Source: Octopus sinensis (taxonomy: Eukaryota). Taken from it: DNA of 64,000 nt. The notes beneath the pieces are model-generated. The model saw only the letters and a program-made list of their open reading frames with translations, ran no database searches and had not been told where the DNA came from. The stretch lies in NCBI RefSeq assembly GCF_006345805.1, contig NC_043010.1:6510001-6574000 (forward strand), given 5' to 3'. Below are positions 12,411 to 25,946 of this stretch, piece by piece. Every line of letters begins with the position of its first letter. Position 1 is the first letter of the stretch. Made by a program: the position numbers and the translations under genes.

Positions 12411-13057
12411 AAAAACGATCTCAAACAGAGCTTACCTATCCACAATTATAGCCATTTCCCTTTTTGAACAAAGCCATTGAGAAGCCTATAAACAGTTTCT
12501 CAAACTGCTAGATATTGCAGCTAAATTACACCTTGATTTTAAAGAAGGAATGGTTCTCTTAAATAATGTAAATGTACATAACAAAACAGAGAGAGAAGTG
12601 GGGAGACAGACGGACAGAGAGAATCTAGATGAGTTTTTATTTGGAGTTACTGCTCTCTTAGAAGGTCAGGGGACTACATCTTGCTTGTATACTTCATGTT
12701 TGTGGCTTGGTTTCTATGGCTGGATGTCCTTCCTGATGCCAACTACTTTGCAGACTACCAGGGACAGTTTATCATAGTACCAGCACTTGAGAAATTGTCA
12801 TACTCTCAACAAGCCTTAAGAGTCCACTCAACCCCCAACACTTAACAGAATGTACTGACTGAATTTTAACATGGCACCTCCTCTAAAGAAACTACCATGT
12901 TCTCAACTAGATGAAAGAGTCTTCTTGATTCCACATCTATTCTTGCTCTCTCCAATCCCTTTACAGAATGTCTTGTGGGGAATTATGCTGACACCAACAT
13001 GAGTGGGGTTGCCTTGTACTTTGTAAGATTTGACAGTCTGCGTTGCTTTATAATGTA

Positions 13058-13454
13058 CTCGCAGTATCGCCCGGGGTTGCTCGGGTTTGTAAGGGAAATA
13101 ACTATATAAGCATTTTTAGAGAGTTATAGCCAAAAAATAGCAAAAAAATGCATTAAAAATGGAAAAAATTGATGGTAACTTTTTTTTTAATCGTTGACTC
13201 ATCGTAGACATTTTTAGAGAGTTACTTCCCTTATATAATATCGAAAAAAATGCATTAAAATGGAAAAAAATGATGATAAATTTTTTTTTAAATCGTAGAC
13301 TCATCGTAGACGCGCACTAATACCCAGAAGGGCTCGATATGAATCACGACTATAAGATACCCGGTTTTGGTTAAACTGCACCGCAAAATGTGGGAGTAGT
13401 TAGGAATCTAAATCGTAGGAGACAGACACACAACTTCACTTTTATATATAAAGA
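13058..13454 (-). mobile_element. Non-autonomous Helitron, family H1
   Basis: Minus strand A|TCTTTATATATAAA...CCCGAGCAACCCCGGGCGATACTGCGAG|T; terminal CTAG mutated; no TSD. Confidence 0.85.
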
Positions 13455-13620
13455 TTTCGTTTACTCAGCACCTACATAGCTGAAGTGATGATTAAATGTA
13501 GGATGAGGAACAAAGAGATGATGGAGAGAAGAACAAAAAGTATGAGGAGAGAAACAGCATAATTGGAATAAAAGAGAGTGGAAGAAAGGATGAGAGAGTA
13601 ATGGTAGCAAAAGATTTAAA

Positions 13621-13742
13621 CAAAAGAGACCAATAGAATAAGTACTAGGCTTACAAAGAATAAGTTCTGGGGTCAATTTGTTCGACTAAAGGTGGTGCTC
13701 CAGCATGACCGCAGTCAAATTGCTGAAACAAGTAAAAGAGTA
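13621..13742 (+). mobile_element. SINE-A 3' fragment
   Basis: Matches the last 120 bp of SINE-A. Confidence 0.85.
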
Positions 13743-13948
13743 ATGGATAGTAATGTGGATGATGGATATCAATACTAGGTGTCATGGAGGTGATGGGAGT
13801 ATGTAGAGTGATGGTGAAGGACATGTTTTAGATTCAAGTCTGATGTGATCCACATGTATCTAGATATATCGTTTACATTTCCATTAAGGTAAGATAAAAA
13901 AAAAAGTGGTCTGTTCAGTGAAGGATAAATAATATATTAGTAGGTCAT

Positions 13949-14100
13949 AGATCAGTAGCCACTACATACATTTTTTTTCTCTCGTCTCTCTCCTTGTTTC
14001 TTTCTGTGTTCATTTCTGTAGAAGAGCGTAGGCTCGAAACGTAAAAGACTTTCTTAATTCCTGTGCGTTATACTAATACATCTGTTTGTTTTCCACAAAT
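13949..14100 (+). mobile_element. Short Penelope-like (pLTR-like) element, family P1
   Basis: Homologous to 26866, 36575, 38680 and 51500; carries a hammerhead-like motif. Confidence 0.65.
14012..14047 (+). ncRNA. Minimal type-I hammerhead-like motif, U6 variant
   Basis: ATTT CTGTAGA A GAGC-GTAG-GCTC GAAAC GTA AAAG. Confidence 0.65.
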
Positions 14101-14682
14101 TGTGACAATTGAAATTATAAATTTGCACTCGTATGTACATCTATACACCTGTGGAACTTAATATGTAAACTGAATGCTTTTATTACTTATTTTGTATGTA
14201 TATGCAGATATTTAATGCTTTGCATGGTACTGTAGTACTATTGTGGTCCTTGGTCTTACTATTATATTGCTAATAATGTGATCTATATATTGTTTAGCTA
14301 GTATTAGTGTTATTAATAATAGGAATAATGATATTGGTAGCATTAGTGGTAATGATAATAGTAATGATGTTAACATTAATGACATTTTGTAAATTAATAT
14401 AAATTAATATAATGTACTCTTGACTCTGTATATCTGCATTTGGGTATTAATATGTGTATGTTTTCTACATTGTGGTATCATAATATTAAGTTGAAAAACT
14501 GTAACATTGAATATGGAACATATGTATGTTTATTGATTTATATTATTTATATTATTATGTATATGTATATGTATATGTATAGGAGTATGAGTATATGCAC
14601 TCATATGTATATGTATATGATTTATTATGGGTATGTACCCACACTTATATGAGTATATATATAATTTGGTTTGTATTTCATA

Positions 14683-14809
14683 ATCTCTGAGGAGGCCTTA
14701 GGATATTTTTGTAAATGTCTCATTTATAACTACATATTGACCTACCACACATGGCTAATATAAGTAAAATGAGACATACTTATCTGCATGGCCGAAACAG
14801 CTGTAAGAT
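14683..14809 (+). ncRNA. Type-I hammerhead ribozyme, canonical core, long stem II
   Basis: ATCT CTGAGGA GGCC...GGCC GAAAC AGCT GTA AGAT: stem I 4 bp, stem II closed by GGCC/GGCC, palindromic CAGCTG stem III, GUA site. Confidence 0.8.
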
Positions 14810-15197
14810 GTAGTTTATATTTATATTTATATCTATTTATATTTACATTCTCTTATACATATTGTACTCATTATATCATATTACTCCTTTATGTACACTG
14901 TTTTGTTCTATATTATTATGTTTGACCTTAAAGTTTCTTATGTAGTGGTTTAATAAAGTATGTGATTGGGTGTTATCTGGTAGTTGATATTTGATTTGGA
15001 TGTATTTCTCCATTTTCTTATTTTGTATTATGAATTTGTGGTAAAACATTTTACCTTTGCCCATATAATACAGTAAATGAATAAATTGCATCGCAATTCT
15101 TGACATTTATGTATTAACTTTGTTGGGTACCTCATTAGCAGTATATTGGATATATGTTATTCCATGGAGGGTTGCATTTACAACCCCTATCTCAATT

Positions 15198-15231
<34 letters not shown>

Positions 15232-15235
<4 letters not shown>

Positions 15236-15500
15236 AACCAAACATGAAAACACAACAACGCAAGGACGTGGAACAAATATAGTATTATTGGACGCTCAGG
15301 AAGGAAGGGAAGAAGGGGGTTTAACGTTTCGAGCAGAGCTCTTCGTCAGAAACATAGGAAAAGGAAAGATCCAGAGAAGGGAAGACAGAGGAAAAAAAAT
15401 CACTAACGGTACACATGCGGTCACATTTTGAATGACCGGAAGGGAATGGGTGAAGAAAAGTTCTTTCAAAGACAGGAGAGTGCAAGAGGAGGTAAACATA
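15232..15500 (-). mobile_element. Short Penelope-like element in (TA)n, family P2 (related to P1)
   Basis: Flanked by TA arrays; contains a hammerhead; shares the GCGCTCAGGAA-like flank with P1. Confidence 0.6.
15319..15353 (-). ncRNA. Minimal type-I hammerhead ribozyme, canonical core with one extra A
   Basis: Minus strand GTTT CTGACGA A GAGC-TCT-GCTC GAAAC GTT AAAC; stem I GUUU/AAAC. Confidence 0.8.
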
Positions 15501-15512
15501 TATATACATACA

Positions 15513-15567
<55 letters not shown>

Positions 15568-15853
15568 TATATGTATGTATGTATGTATATTGTTGTATTT
15601 CAGGATAGTCAATTTTTTTTTCTTTTTTGCCAAATAAACACATACACTATATATTCATTCTCACTCGTTTATTGCTAATCTTATTCCAACTCATGTCCAT
15701 TGTCCAGAGATCTTTTGTCACACATCTGTGACCTCTTCAGCAACACATTATGTCCTCATGTGTACTCCTGCTCTGCTTAGTCCATGCTGTTCTTTTATGA
15801 TGTGTATCCTTACATACAATATATGATACATACATACATACATACATACACAC

Positions 15854-15886
<33 letters not shown>

Positions 15887-15920
15887 CATACACACACACA
15901 TACATACATACACACATACA

Positions 15921-15955
<35 letters not shown>

Positions 15956-16369
15956 TTATATATATATATACACGCCCATACATGTGTGTGTGTGTAACCA
16001 TATATATATATATATATAAACATTCATATATACATATATACATACACATGCATATACAAACACATACACTTATTCTCTCTTCCTCTCTCTCTCCCTCTCT
16101 CACTCCCTCTCGCTCTCTCACACACACACACACACATGTACATGTGCATCAACAACCATGTATACACAGACATTTGGCCATGTTGTCAACAAACCTGATC
16201 CATGCTAGATAATATGAATTCTTAGTATGGGGAAATAATACTGAAGAGACAAAAAAGGAGGAAGAAACAGGAAGAGGAATTAGAAGTATAAGACGTTGCT
16301 CAGCAACACTACGTCTGGATTTTTTAATGAAATTAAGTGGCTGTCTTTTTCTTTCTCTTTTACATGCCT

Positions 16370-18420
16370 GCATGCACACACACACACATACACATACACA
16401 CATATACACATGCATGCACACATACACACATGCATGCACACCTACACACATGCACAAATGCACATACATGCAAAAATGCACATACCTGTACAAATGCACA
16501 TATGTGCACAAATGCACATGCGTGCACAAACATACACAGAGGAGTTCACACATACACACACATACACACACACAGACAAGAGAGCTGACAGACATATACA
16601 AACACAGAGGAATGCACACAGATGCATACACACACACAGAAGTGTATACAGACACACATACACACACTCAGAGGAGTGCATGCACATGCCCCCCCCACAC
16701 ACACACAAAGGAGAGCACACAGACATATGTATGCACATACACACATACAAGTATACATACACACACACCAGCATGCATACAGACAACACACGTATAAAAG
16801 CATATGCATGCACACACACACACATATTCTTACACACAAACATAGACACACACACATGCACATACATATACACACAGACACACTCACACACACACACAAG
16901 CAGACAAATACATAAGCATACAGAGCAGATACACACACTCACAGATACATATACACACACATGCACATTCTATCTTTCCCTTTCTCTCTCACACACACAC
17001 ACACAAGCATACATATACAGACAGATACACTCACACTCACGGATACATATACACACACACTCACAGATACATATACACACACACTCACAGATACATATAC
17101 ACACACACTCACAGATACATATACACACACACTCAGAGATACATATACATACACACTCACAGATACATATACACACACACACACAGATAATATACCACAC
17201 ACTCACAGATATATATACACACACACTCACAGATACATATACAACAACACACTCACAGATACATATACACACAACACTCACAGATACATATACACACAAC
17301 CACTCACAGATACATATACATACACACTCACAACATACAACACTACACATACACTCACACACACTCACACAAATACATACAACACAACACTCACAGATAC
17401 ATATACATACAACACACTCACATATCACTATACAACACACACTCACGATACATATACAACACACACACTCACAGATACATATACACCCACTCACAGATAC
17501 ATATACACACACACACTCACAATACATATACACCACACTCACAGATACATATACACACACACTCACAGATACATATACACACACACTCACAGATACATAT
17601 ACACACACACTCACAGATACATATACATACACACTCACAGATACATATACACACACACTCACAAATACATATACACACACACTCACAGATACATATACAT
17701 ACACACTCACAGATACATATACACACACACTCACAGATACATATACACACACACTCACAGATACATATACATACACACCACAGATACATATACACCCCAC
17801 TCACAGATACATATACACCCACACTCACAGATACATATACATACACACTCACAGATACATATACACACACACTCACAAATACATATACATACACACTCAC
17901 AGATACATATACACACACACTCACAGATATATATACACACACACTCACAGATACATATACATACACACTCACAGATACATATACACACACACTCACAAAT
18001 ACATATACACACACATGTGCATTCTCTCTTTCCCTTTCTCACACACACACACACACACACACACAAGCGTGCATATACACTCAGATACACTCAAACACAT
18101 GCATACACACGCAGACAAATACATAACCATATAGAGCAGATACACATGCACTCACAAATACATATACACACACATGCACATTCTACCTTTCCCTTTCTCT
18201 CACACACACACAAGCATACATACACGTACACACACACACACACAAGCATACATATACACACAGATACACTCACACACATGCATATACAAGCAGACAAATG
18301 CATAAGCATAAAGAGCAGATACACACACACACACACACGCACACATACACACACACACAAGCACACACAAGCACACACACACACACACACACAAGCATAC
18401 ACACACACACACACATCTGT
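16370..18420. repeat. CA-rich compound repeat region with a 24-bp minisatellite (about 17005-18010)
   Basis: Unit TCACAGATACATATACACACACAC (e.g. 17539 to 17563); explains the [16 protein letters not shown] ORFs. Confidence 0.9.
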
Positions 18421-18829
18421 ACACTGGAATCTGAAATGGTACTGGAAGCTGTTGTTTGCACAGTTGATTCTTATCAATAAGAATTCTATGAAATTATGGA
18501 AAACAAGCAACAACAACAACAACAACAAAAACAACAAACAACAAATAAACTAAAATATTACATGATGAGGATGGACCAGAACTGATTGCTTCATACAGTT
18601 CAATCCAGTTTAATTGTTTTGTTATTTATGTCTTTATCGTATTTTTATTTCTTTTCTTTTTTTTTTGCTTAAGGTAGCAGTAAGAGTAGGATTAGTGGGA
18701 ACACTTTATTTTTTTCTTGTATTTTAAAATTTCCTGTGAGTTTTCAATTTTCATTTATTTATTTTTATTGCTTTGCAGAGGGGTAAGGGGTGTACAAATT
18801 CTTTTGGATTTGTAGAAATTTGTAGAAAA

Positions 18830-19246
18830 AAGGCGGCGAGCTGGCAGAAACGTTAGCACGCCGGGCGAAATGCTTAGCGGTATTTCGTCTGCCGTTACGT
18901 TGTGAGCTCAAATTCCAGCGAGGTCGACTTTGCCTTTCATCCTTTCGGGGTCGATTAAATAAGTACCAGTTACGCACTGGAGTCGATATAATCGACTTAA
19001 TCTGTTTGTCTATCCTGGTTTGTCCCCTCTGTGTTTAGCCCCTTGTGGGTAGTAAAGAAATAGGTATTTCGTCTGCCGCTACGTTCTGAGTTCAAATTCC
19101 GCCGAGGTCGACTTTGCCTTTCATCCTTTCGGGGTCGATTAAATAAGTACCAGTTACGCACTGGAGTCGATATAATCGAATTAATCTGTTTGTCTATCCT
19201 TGTTTGTCCTCTCTGTGTTTAGCCCCTTGTGGGCAATAAAGAAATA
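18830..19246 (+). mobile_element. SINE-B head-to-tail dimer
   Basis: Full copy, then a second body restarting at GGTATTTCGTCTG; B-box GAGTTCAAATTCC. Confidence 0.9.
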
Positions 19247-19648
19247 GAAATTTAGATATTTCCATTTCAGATATTAATATTTGAAACTGACAATTTTCTA
19301 CCCAAGAACTTAAGCAGTGTGTGCTGATGATGCTCATATAGGCAGAAACATGACTTTGAAGAACTCTTGATTCCTGTTATTATCTCCCCTCCTCGAGAGG
19401 AGCTGGTCTTAATTGCTATTTGGTAATTCTGATACATCCTCCAGTGATGGAAATAATATTAATAGATCAAGAATTTGTGTTGTCTGATGTTTGATATACT
19501 TGTATTTGTCTATGTTGTTCAAATTCATGTCTCTGGCCCTTCTGAATTATTTCTCTTTGGTAACTTTTATTTAAATTATGCAAAACAGTATAAACTTAGT
19601 GCAACTTCCATGAACCGAGATTGCAATGCCTTTATCCCTGTATATACA

Positions 19649-20042
19649 TCTTTATATATAAAAGTGAAGTTGTGTGTCTGTCTCCTACAATTTAGATTCC
19701 TAACTACTCCCACATTTTGCGGTGCAGTTTAACCAAAACCGGGTATCTTATAGTCGTGATTCATATCGAGCCCTTCTGGGTATTAGCGCGCATCTACAAT
19801 GAGTCTATGATTTTAAAAATAATTTACCATCATTTTTTTCCATTTTAATGCATATTTTTTTAAATATAAGGGAAGTAACTCTCTAAAAATGTCTACGATG
19901 AGTCAACGATTTAAAAAAAAATTCACCATAATTTTTTTTCCATTTTTAATGCATTTTTTGCTATTTTTTGGCTATAACTCTCTAAAAACGCTTTATAGTT
20001 ATTTCCCTTACAAACCCGAGCAACGCCGGGCGATACTGCTAG
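19649..20042 (+). mobile_element. Non-autonomous Helitron, family H1
   Basis: A|TC...CCCGAGCAACGCCGGG hairpin...CTAG|T. Confidence 0.9.
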
Positions 20043-20724
20043 TCTACTATATAGTTCTTGCATGCATGCATTTAAATGCTTTAACATATTTTGTTACACC
20101 AGCTGAGCACTTTGAGTGTATACTTTTCTAAGATATTTATTATTTCTCTTAGTTTGTTCTTGATTGAGCTATATACTGAGCACTCCCAATGTCTACAACA
20201 GCTATATGTTGAGTGAGTTTAAATGATTAATTGTTTTCAGTTTAACACTGGCTGAGTAGAAAGGCAGTCACTGAAACATTTTGATGTCCTGCAAAGTAAA
20301 GACAAGATAAATATTCCATATTGTCCACACTAATATTTAACTGTTTTTAAAAAATATGCTATTTGTAATTATTTTATAAACGGGTATGGATAATGAAACA
20401 AGCTAAGCTAAGTAGTTTTTGAAATATGTTTTCGAAATCTTTAACTTAGAAACATAAGATCTTTCCAATTCTCATAAGTTTCAGCAGAGAATATTTCACC
20501 CAAAGATTATTACTTGTATGATTATATTTTTTATAGCAACAAGTTTTGTCTCATAGTCAATATATATAAAAGACAATCAGTTAGTACTTATATTCTAGTT
20601 AAATAAAAGAAGTGGGTACAAAAACATAACTAAAATACTTGTAGTTATGATTGAAAATGATAATTATTTAACCGATATATCACTGAGCTAGATTCAAGTT
20701 TACAGAGCAATGAATGATATTTAA

Positions 20725-20943
20725 CCCTTTTGCACCATATTTTTGTTGAGACGCTCTGTGTTTCTTTCAATTATTTTAAATATAACAAAGAATTTAGTAA
20801 AATAACTTAGTCATCATTAAGCTAGTGTTAGGAGCATAAATTGTGACTAAGGTTTCATGGAAGATTTTAATTCAAAACTTATGAAAACAAGACATTTTAC
20901 CACAGAGCCAGAGCCGGTTTCAGCCAGGTTAGTATCAAAAGGG
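20725..20943. mobile_element. piggyBac-type MITE
   Basis: TTAA|CCCTTTTG ... CAAAAGGG|TTAA. Confidence 0.7.
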
Positions 20944-21787
20944 TTAAGTGTCAAACAGAGAGTTAATATAACCCTTCCCATGGAACTGAAGAAGGCAAAA
21001 ATATCAGTGTTTCTTTTTTAATTTCTCCAAAATCAAATGACTTATTCCATTACAGTGAGGATTTAGTCTCAGAAAGTACCATGGTAACAAATATTTCCCC
21101 TTTTCATTTATGATCTCATTAAAAATTTTAAAATCTTCGCTAAAGGAATGCATTATGTAAATGAAAATTGGTCATCCAATTAGAGTTTTTTTTAAGTTCT
21201 TGCTTCACTAACGAAGAGATTCTTTATAAGAACATGATTTTATTAGTGCTTAGTAGATTAGATTTATCTTTATTTTGGGCAGCTGCTACATATAAGAAAT
21301 CTTCTTGATTCATGTAAGAATCAATCTGGCTCCATGAAATAATAATTTCTCCCTGTGCATACATACATACATACATAGATACATATATGCATGCAGATAT
21401 GTATGTATGTATACATACATGCATGCATGCGTACACACACATACATGCATACACACATACACATATTCTTTTTTACTCTTTTACATGTTTCAGCCATAAG
21501 GTATATATTCATATATATACATATGTATATATATATAAAAATTAGAAAAAAAACACCTTTTATCAATTCAAAATGAACAATTAAATTACACCATCTAGAA
21601 AATTACATATAATAGAAATATTAAAATTAAAATAACAATAATATACAGATGATTAAGTAAATTGCAAAATAATAATAAAAAACGTATATAATTGATATAT
21701 ATATACATATATACAGATATATGTATATATATACATATATATATCTATATATACATACTATATACATATATAAATAATGCATATGTA

Positions 21788-21875
21788 CTATCTATCTATC
21801 TATCTATCTACTATCTATCTTTCGATCCATCTATATATATATATATATATATAATATATATATATCAATAGATAG

Positions 21876-21945
<70 letters not shown>

Positions 21946-22149
21946 GACAAATAGATAAATAAATGGATAAATAGATAGATAGATAAATAGCTAGATAGAT
22001 TGATAAATAGATAGACAGATAGATAAATAGATAGATAGATAGATAGATAGGATAATAGATAGATAGATAGATATAGATAGATAGATAGATGGATATATAG
22101 ATAGATAGATAGATGGATATATATAATATATAGATAGAGAGATAGAGAT

Positions 22150-22185
<36 letters not shown>

Positions 22186-22240
22186 CGACAGACAGACACT
22201 CAGACAGACAGATCGGTAGATAGATAGATACATACACACA
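21788..22240. repeat. (GATA)n/(TA)n/(GACA)n compound microsatellite
   Basis: Direct inspection. Confidence 0.95.
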
Positions 22241-23047
22241 CACAGTTTCTTGATTACCTACAAACAATACTATTTAGGTCTATTTCAGTACGATAAATCC
22301 TTTTGGCTTAACATTATATGAGATTCAAGGTTTTTGAAAATTTTCTAATCTAGAAATCAAAAAGGGAAAAATGAAACACAAAAACAAAAGTTAAAAAAGA
22401 AAACACAACAAAGATGAAGGAGCTACAAATGGAAAAAAATAAATTTTGAATAATAGGGATTTGTTTCTCTAGGAAACATTTTTCCTGCCTAGTATAGATA
22501 ACATAGAGACTTATTTCGGTAAATGATTTAGAGATAGCAGCAGTGTAGTTAATCTGATAAAATATCTGATTCCAGCAGATAGAAAGCCAATTTAATTCTC
22601 ATTGGCTACAGTAATTTAACTTAATTCATCTCTCTAATGAAGGCAGTGAATATAAGCATTAGCTCACTAAATATCCCCAAGGAAACAAAACTTAAGAGTC
22701 GCTATCAGGAATGAAGCGTAAAATAATTAATGAAATTTGCTTGGTATTTGCTCTCTCTGTCTATCTAACTGTCTCTCTTCATATGTGTGTGTGTGTGTGT
22801 GTATATACATGTATATATTGTGTGTGTGTGTATATATATATATATAATATATATGATAATAATAATAATAATAATTGTGTACAGTGCTCAGGTGCACTAC
22901 AATATATATGTATGTATGTATGTATGTGTATGTATGTATGGATAAATTATATATATATATATGTATGTATGTGTATGTATATATATATATTGTGTGTGTG
23001 TGTGTGCGTATATTTTCACAGCATAAAACAGTTAAACATAAATATAA

Positions 23048-23450
23048 TCATCATCATCGTTTAACGTCCGTCTCCATGCTAGCATAGGTGGACGGTTCGA
23101 CCGGGGATCTGGGAAGCACCAGAAGGCTGCACCAGGCTCCAGTCTTATCTGGCAATGTTTCTACAGCTGGATGCCTTCCTAACGCCAATCACTCCGTGAG
23201 TGTAGTGGTGCGTTTTACGTGCCACCTGCACAGGTGCCAGGCGAGGCTAGCAACGGCCACGGTCGGATGGTGTATTTTATGTGCCACCGGCACGGAAGCC
23301 AGTCGAGGCGGCGCTGGCATCGGCCACGAGTCGGATAGTGCTTTTACGTACCACCAGACCAGGGATCCTGGCTGGTTCAATTCGATTCGCTTTGCTTGCC
23401 CCAACATGTCTTCGCAAGCAAAGGGGGTTGGCATGGGTGCCTGTCGTACA
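23048..23450 (-). mobile_element. RTE-3'UTR-derived element
   Basis: (CAT)n tail, family motif and two diverged array units. Confidence 0.85.
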
Positions 23451-23522
23451 GTCGGATTGGTGTATACATATATATATATATAGACACACACACACACACA
23501 CACATAATTCCTATTCATATTA

Positions 23523-23566
<44 letters not shown>

Positions 23567-23654
23567 TATTAGAGACAAAAACCACTATTTTGCAAAACAA
23601 ACAAGGAAAGACTTAATCAATACATAAAATTTTAATAAATAGTCAAAAAAACCG

Positions 23655-23697
23655 CCACTACAATCGTTCTTGTCTTGATCGGACAATCTTCAGGTGG
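23655..23697 (-). ncRNA. Type-I hammerhead-like motif lacking one A of GAAA
   Basis: Minus strand CCAC CTGAAGA TTGTC-CGATCAA-GACAA GAAC GATT GTA GTGG; stems I and II pair perfectly. Confidence 0.65.
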
Positions 23698-24162
23698 ACT
23701 CCAAAATTCAGTGTCAAATTATGAAGTTAAATATATATATATGCTTGCTACTTTTATGCAGTGATGTACTAATTTTTTGACTAAGCAGAAAACCAATGTT
23801 TTACAAATGTGGAATATAGTCCATTGAATATACTGCAGTAAATAACAGGTACTTATTTTATCTCTGTGTACTTATTGAAACACTAAGTTACCATGTTTGA
23901 TAAAAAGGCATACAACTTGACACATTAGTTTACAGCAGCAAATGATAATAATACAGTTACAGACAGCGACACAAATGACCATACATCCAGATATGCAAAT
24001 GTGTACATAAACACAGCTATATATATATATGTATGTACATATATATATATGTATATTATATATATATATATATATATAAGAAAGTGGTTTGTGAAAGCAC
24101 GTGGTTGAATATATAGAAAATAGTAAAAAGTGAAAGAAGTTTTTTCACTTTTTACTATTTTC

Positions 24163-24233
<71 letters not shown>

Positions 24234-24412
24234 TATATGTACATATATATATATATATAGATATATAGATATATAGATATAATATGTATGTATGTCTATA
24301 TATATATATATATATAGGATATATATATATATAATATATATATATTACATACATATATATGTACATATATATATATATATAGATATATAGATATATAGAT
24401 ATATTATGTATG

Positions 24413-24444
<32 letters not shown>

Positions 24445-24447
<3 letters not shown>

Positions 24448-24825
24448 TCGTTCATCATCATTGTTGTTGTCAGTTAACGTCTGCTATCCATGCTGGCAGG
24501 GTTGGATGGTTTGACTGAGGCTGGCGAGCCAGAAGGCTACACCAGGCTCCAACCTGATCTGGCAAAGTTTCTACAGCTGGATGCCCTTCCTAGCACCAAT
24601 CACTCCGAGCCACCGGCACGGAACCAGTCAGGCAGCACTGGCATTGACCATGCTTGAATGGTGCTTTTTACGTGCCACCAGAATAGGTGCAAATCAGTCG
24701 GTAGTGTCATCGGTCACGGCAATGACTTCACTTGACTCAACAGGTCTTTGTAAACACGGTTTATTGCCCAATGATTGAAGGGTACTCTTAAAGGGCTGGT
24801 TATGCTGCACTGGCATAATTCTAAG
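24445..24825 (-). mobile_element. RTE-3'UTR-derived element, diverged
   Basis: Family motif present. Confidence 0.75.
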
Positions 24826-24930
24826 TTTGATACTCATCTGATATTGTCTGAATGTGCAAATTAGTCTAAACAAGGCGTCACAATTTAAGTACCTAATTCA
24901 ACTGAATCTAAATTATATTTTATATGTGTA

Positions 24931-25231
24931 CTAGCAGTATCGCCCGGCGTTGCTCGGGTTTGTAAGGGAAATAACTATATAAGCATTTTTAGAGAGTTAC
25001 TTCCCTTATATAATAGCAAAAAAAAAGCATTAAAAATGGGAAAAATTATGGTAAACTTTTTTTAAAATCATAGACTCATCGTAGACGCACACTAATACCC
25101 AGAAGGGCTCGATATGAATCACGACTATAAGATAACCCCTTTTGGTTAAACTGCACTGCAAAATGGGGAGTAGTTAGGAATTTAAATCGTAGGAGACAGA
25201 CACTCACACAAACTTCATTTTATATATAAGA
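24931..25231 (-). mobile_element. Non-autonomous Helitron H1, short variant
   Basis: A|TC...CTAG|T; lacks one copy of the internally duplicated block. Confidence 0.9.
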
Positions 25232-25544
25232 TATGTATGTGTGTATGTGTGCATGTGCATCTGTGTATGTGGTGTATCTGTGTGTGTATGTATGCATGCA
25301 TGTATGCATGTATGCTTGTATATATGTATGCATATATGTATACCTGTATGTTGTATGTGTTCCAGACATCTGTACAGCTGCATAAGGCTATAGAGCTTAC
25401 ACTGGGAATATTACATGACAGGTTTTCCACACAGTTTTTAACTACTAAATTTCACTTACAAAGTATTCGTAACTTGATGCTAAAGTAGAAAATACTTGGC
25501 CAAAGAACCAGCATTGTGAGGTTAAAACTGTTGGCATATATATA

Positions 25545-25946
25545 GGCGCAGGAGTGGCTGTGTGGTAAATAGCTTGCTTACCAACCACATGGTCCTGGGT
25601 TCAGTCTCATTGCGTGGCATCTTGGGCAAGTGTCTTCTGCTATAGCCTCGGGCCAACCAAAGCCTTGTGAGTGGACTTGGTAGACGGAAATGAAAGAAGC
25701 CCGTCGTATATATGTATGTGTGTGTGTGTTTGTGTGTTTGTGTTTGCCCCTAGCATTGCTGCAACAACCGATGCTGGTGTGTTTTGTCCCCGTTACTTAG
25801 CGGTTCGGCAAAGAGGACCGATAGACATAAGTACTGGGCTTACAAAAAAGAAAAGTCCCGGGGTCGAGTTGCTCGACTAAAGGCGGTGCTCCAGCAGGCT
25901 GCAGTCCAAAATGACTTGAAACAAGTACAGAGAATAAAAGAGAGTA
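25545..25946 (+). mobile_element. SINE-A, full length
   Basis: Consensus match. Confidence 0.9.

Noticed and set aside
15700-15745. Minus-strand CTGAAGA with a GTCAC/GTGAC stem
   Set aside because: Followed by AAAAG with no stem III or stem I; the region looks like decayed LINE coding sequence.
16296-18553. 612-aa and 530-aa His/Thr-rich ORFs
   Set aside because: Translations of CA-rich microsatellite and a 24-bp minisatellite; stop-free by composition, and open in several frames on both strands.
19324-19356. CTGATGA-TGC...GCA-GAAAC hammerhead-like core
   Set aside because: No NUH cleavage triplet (reads GAC) and stem I cannot form; likely chance.
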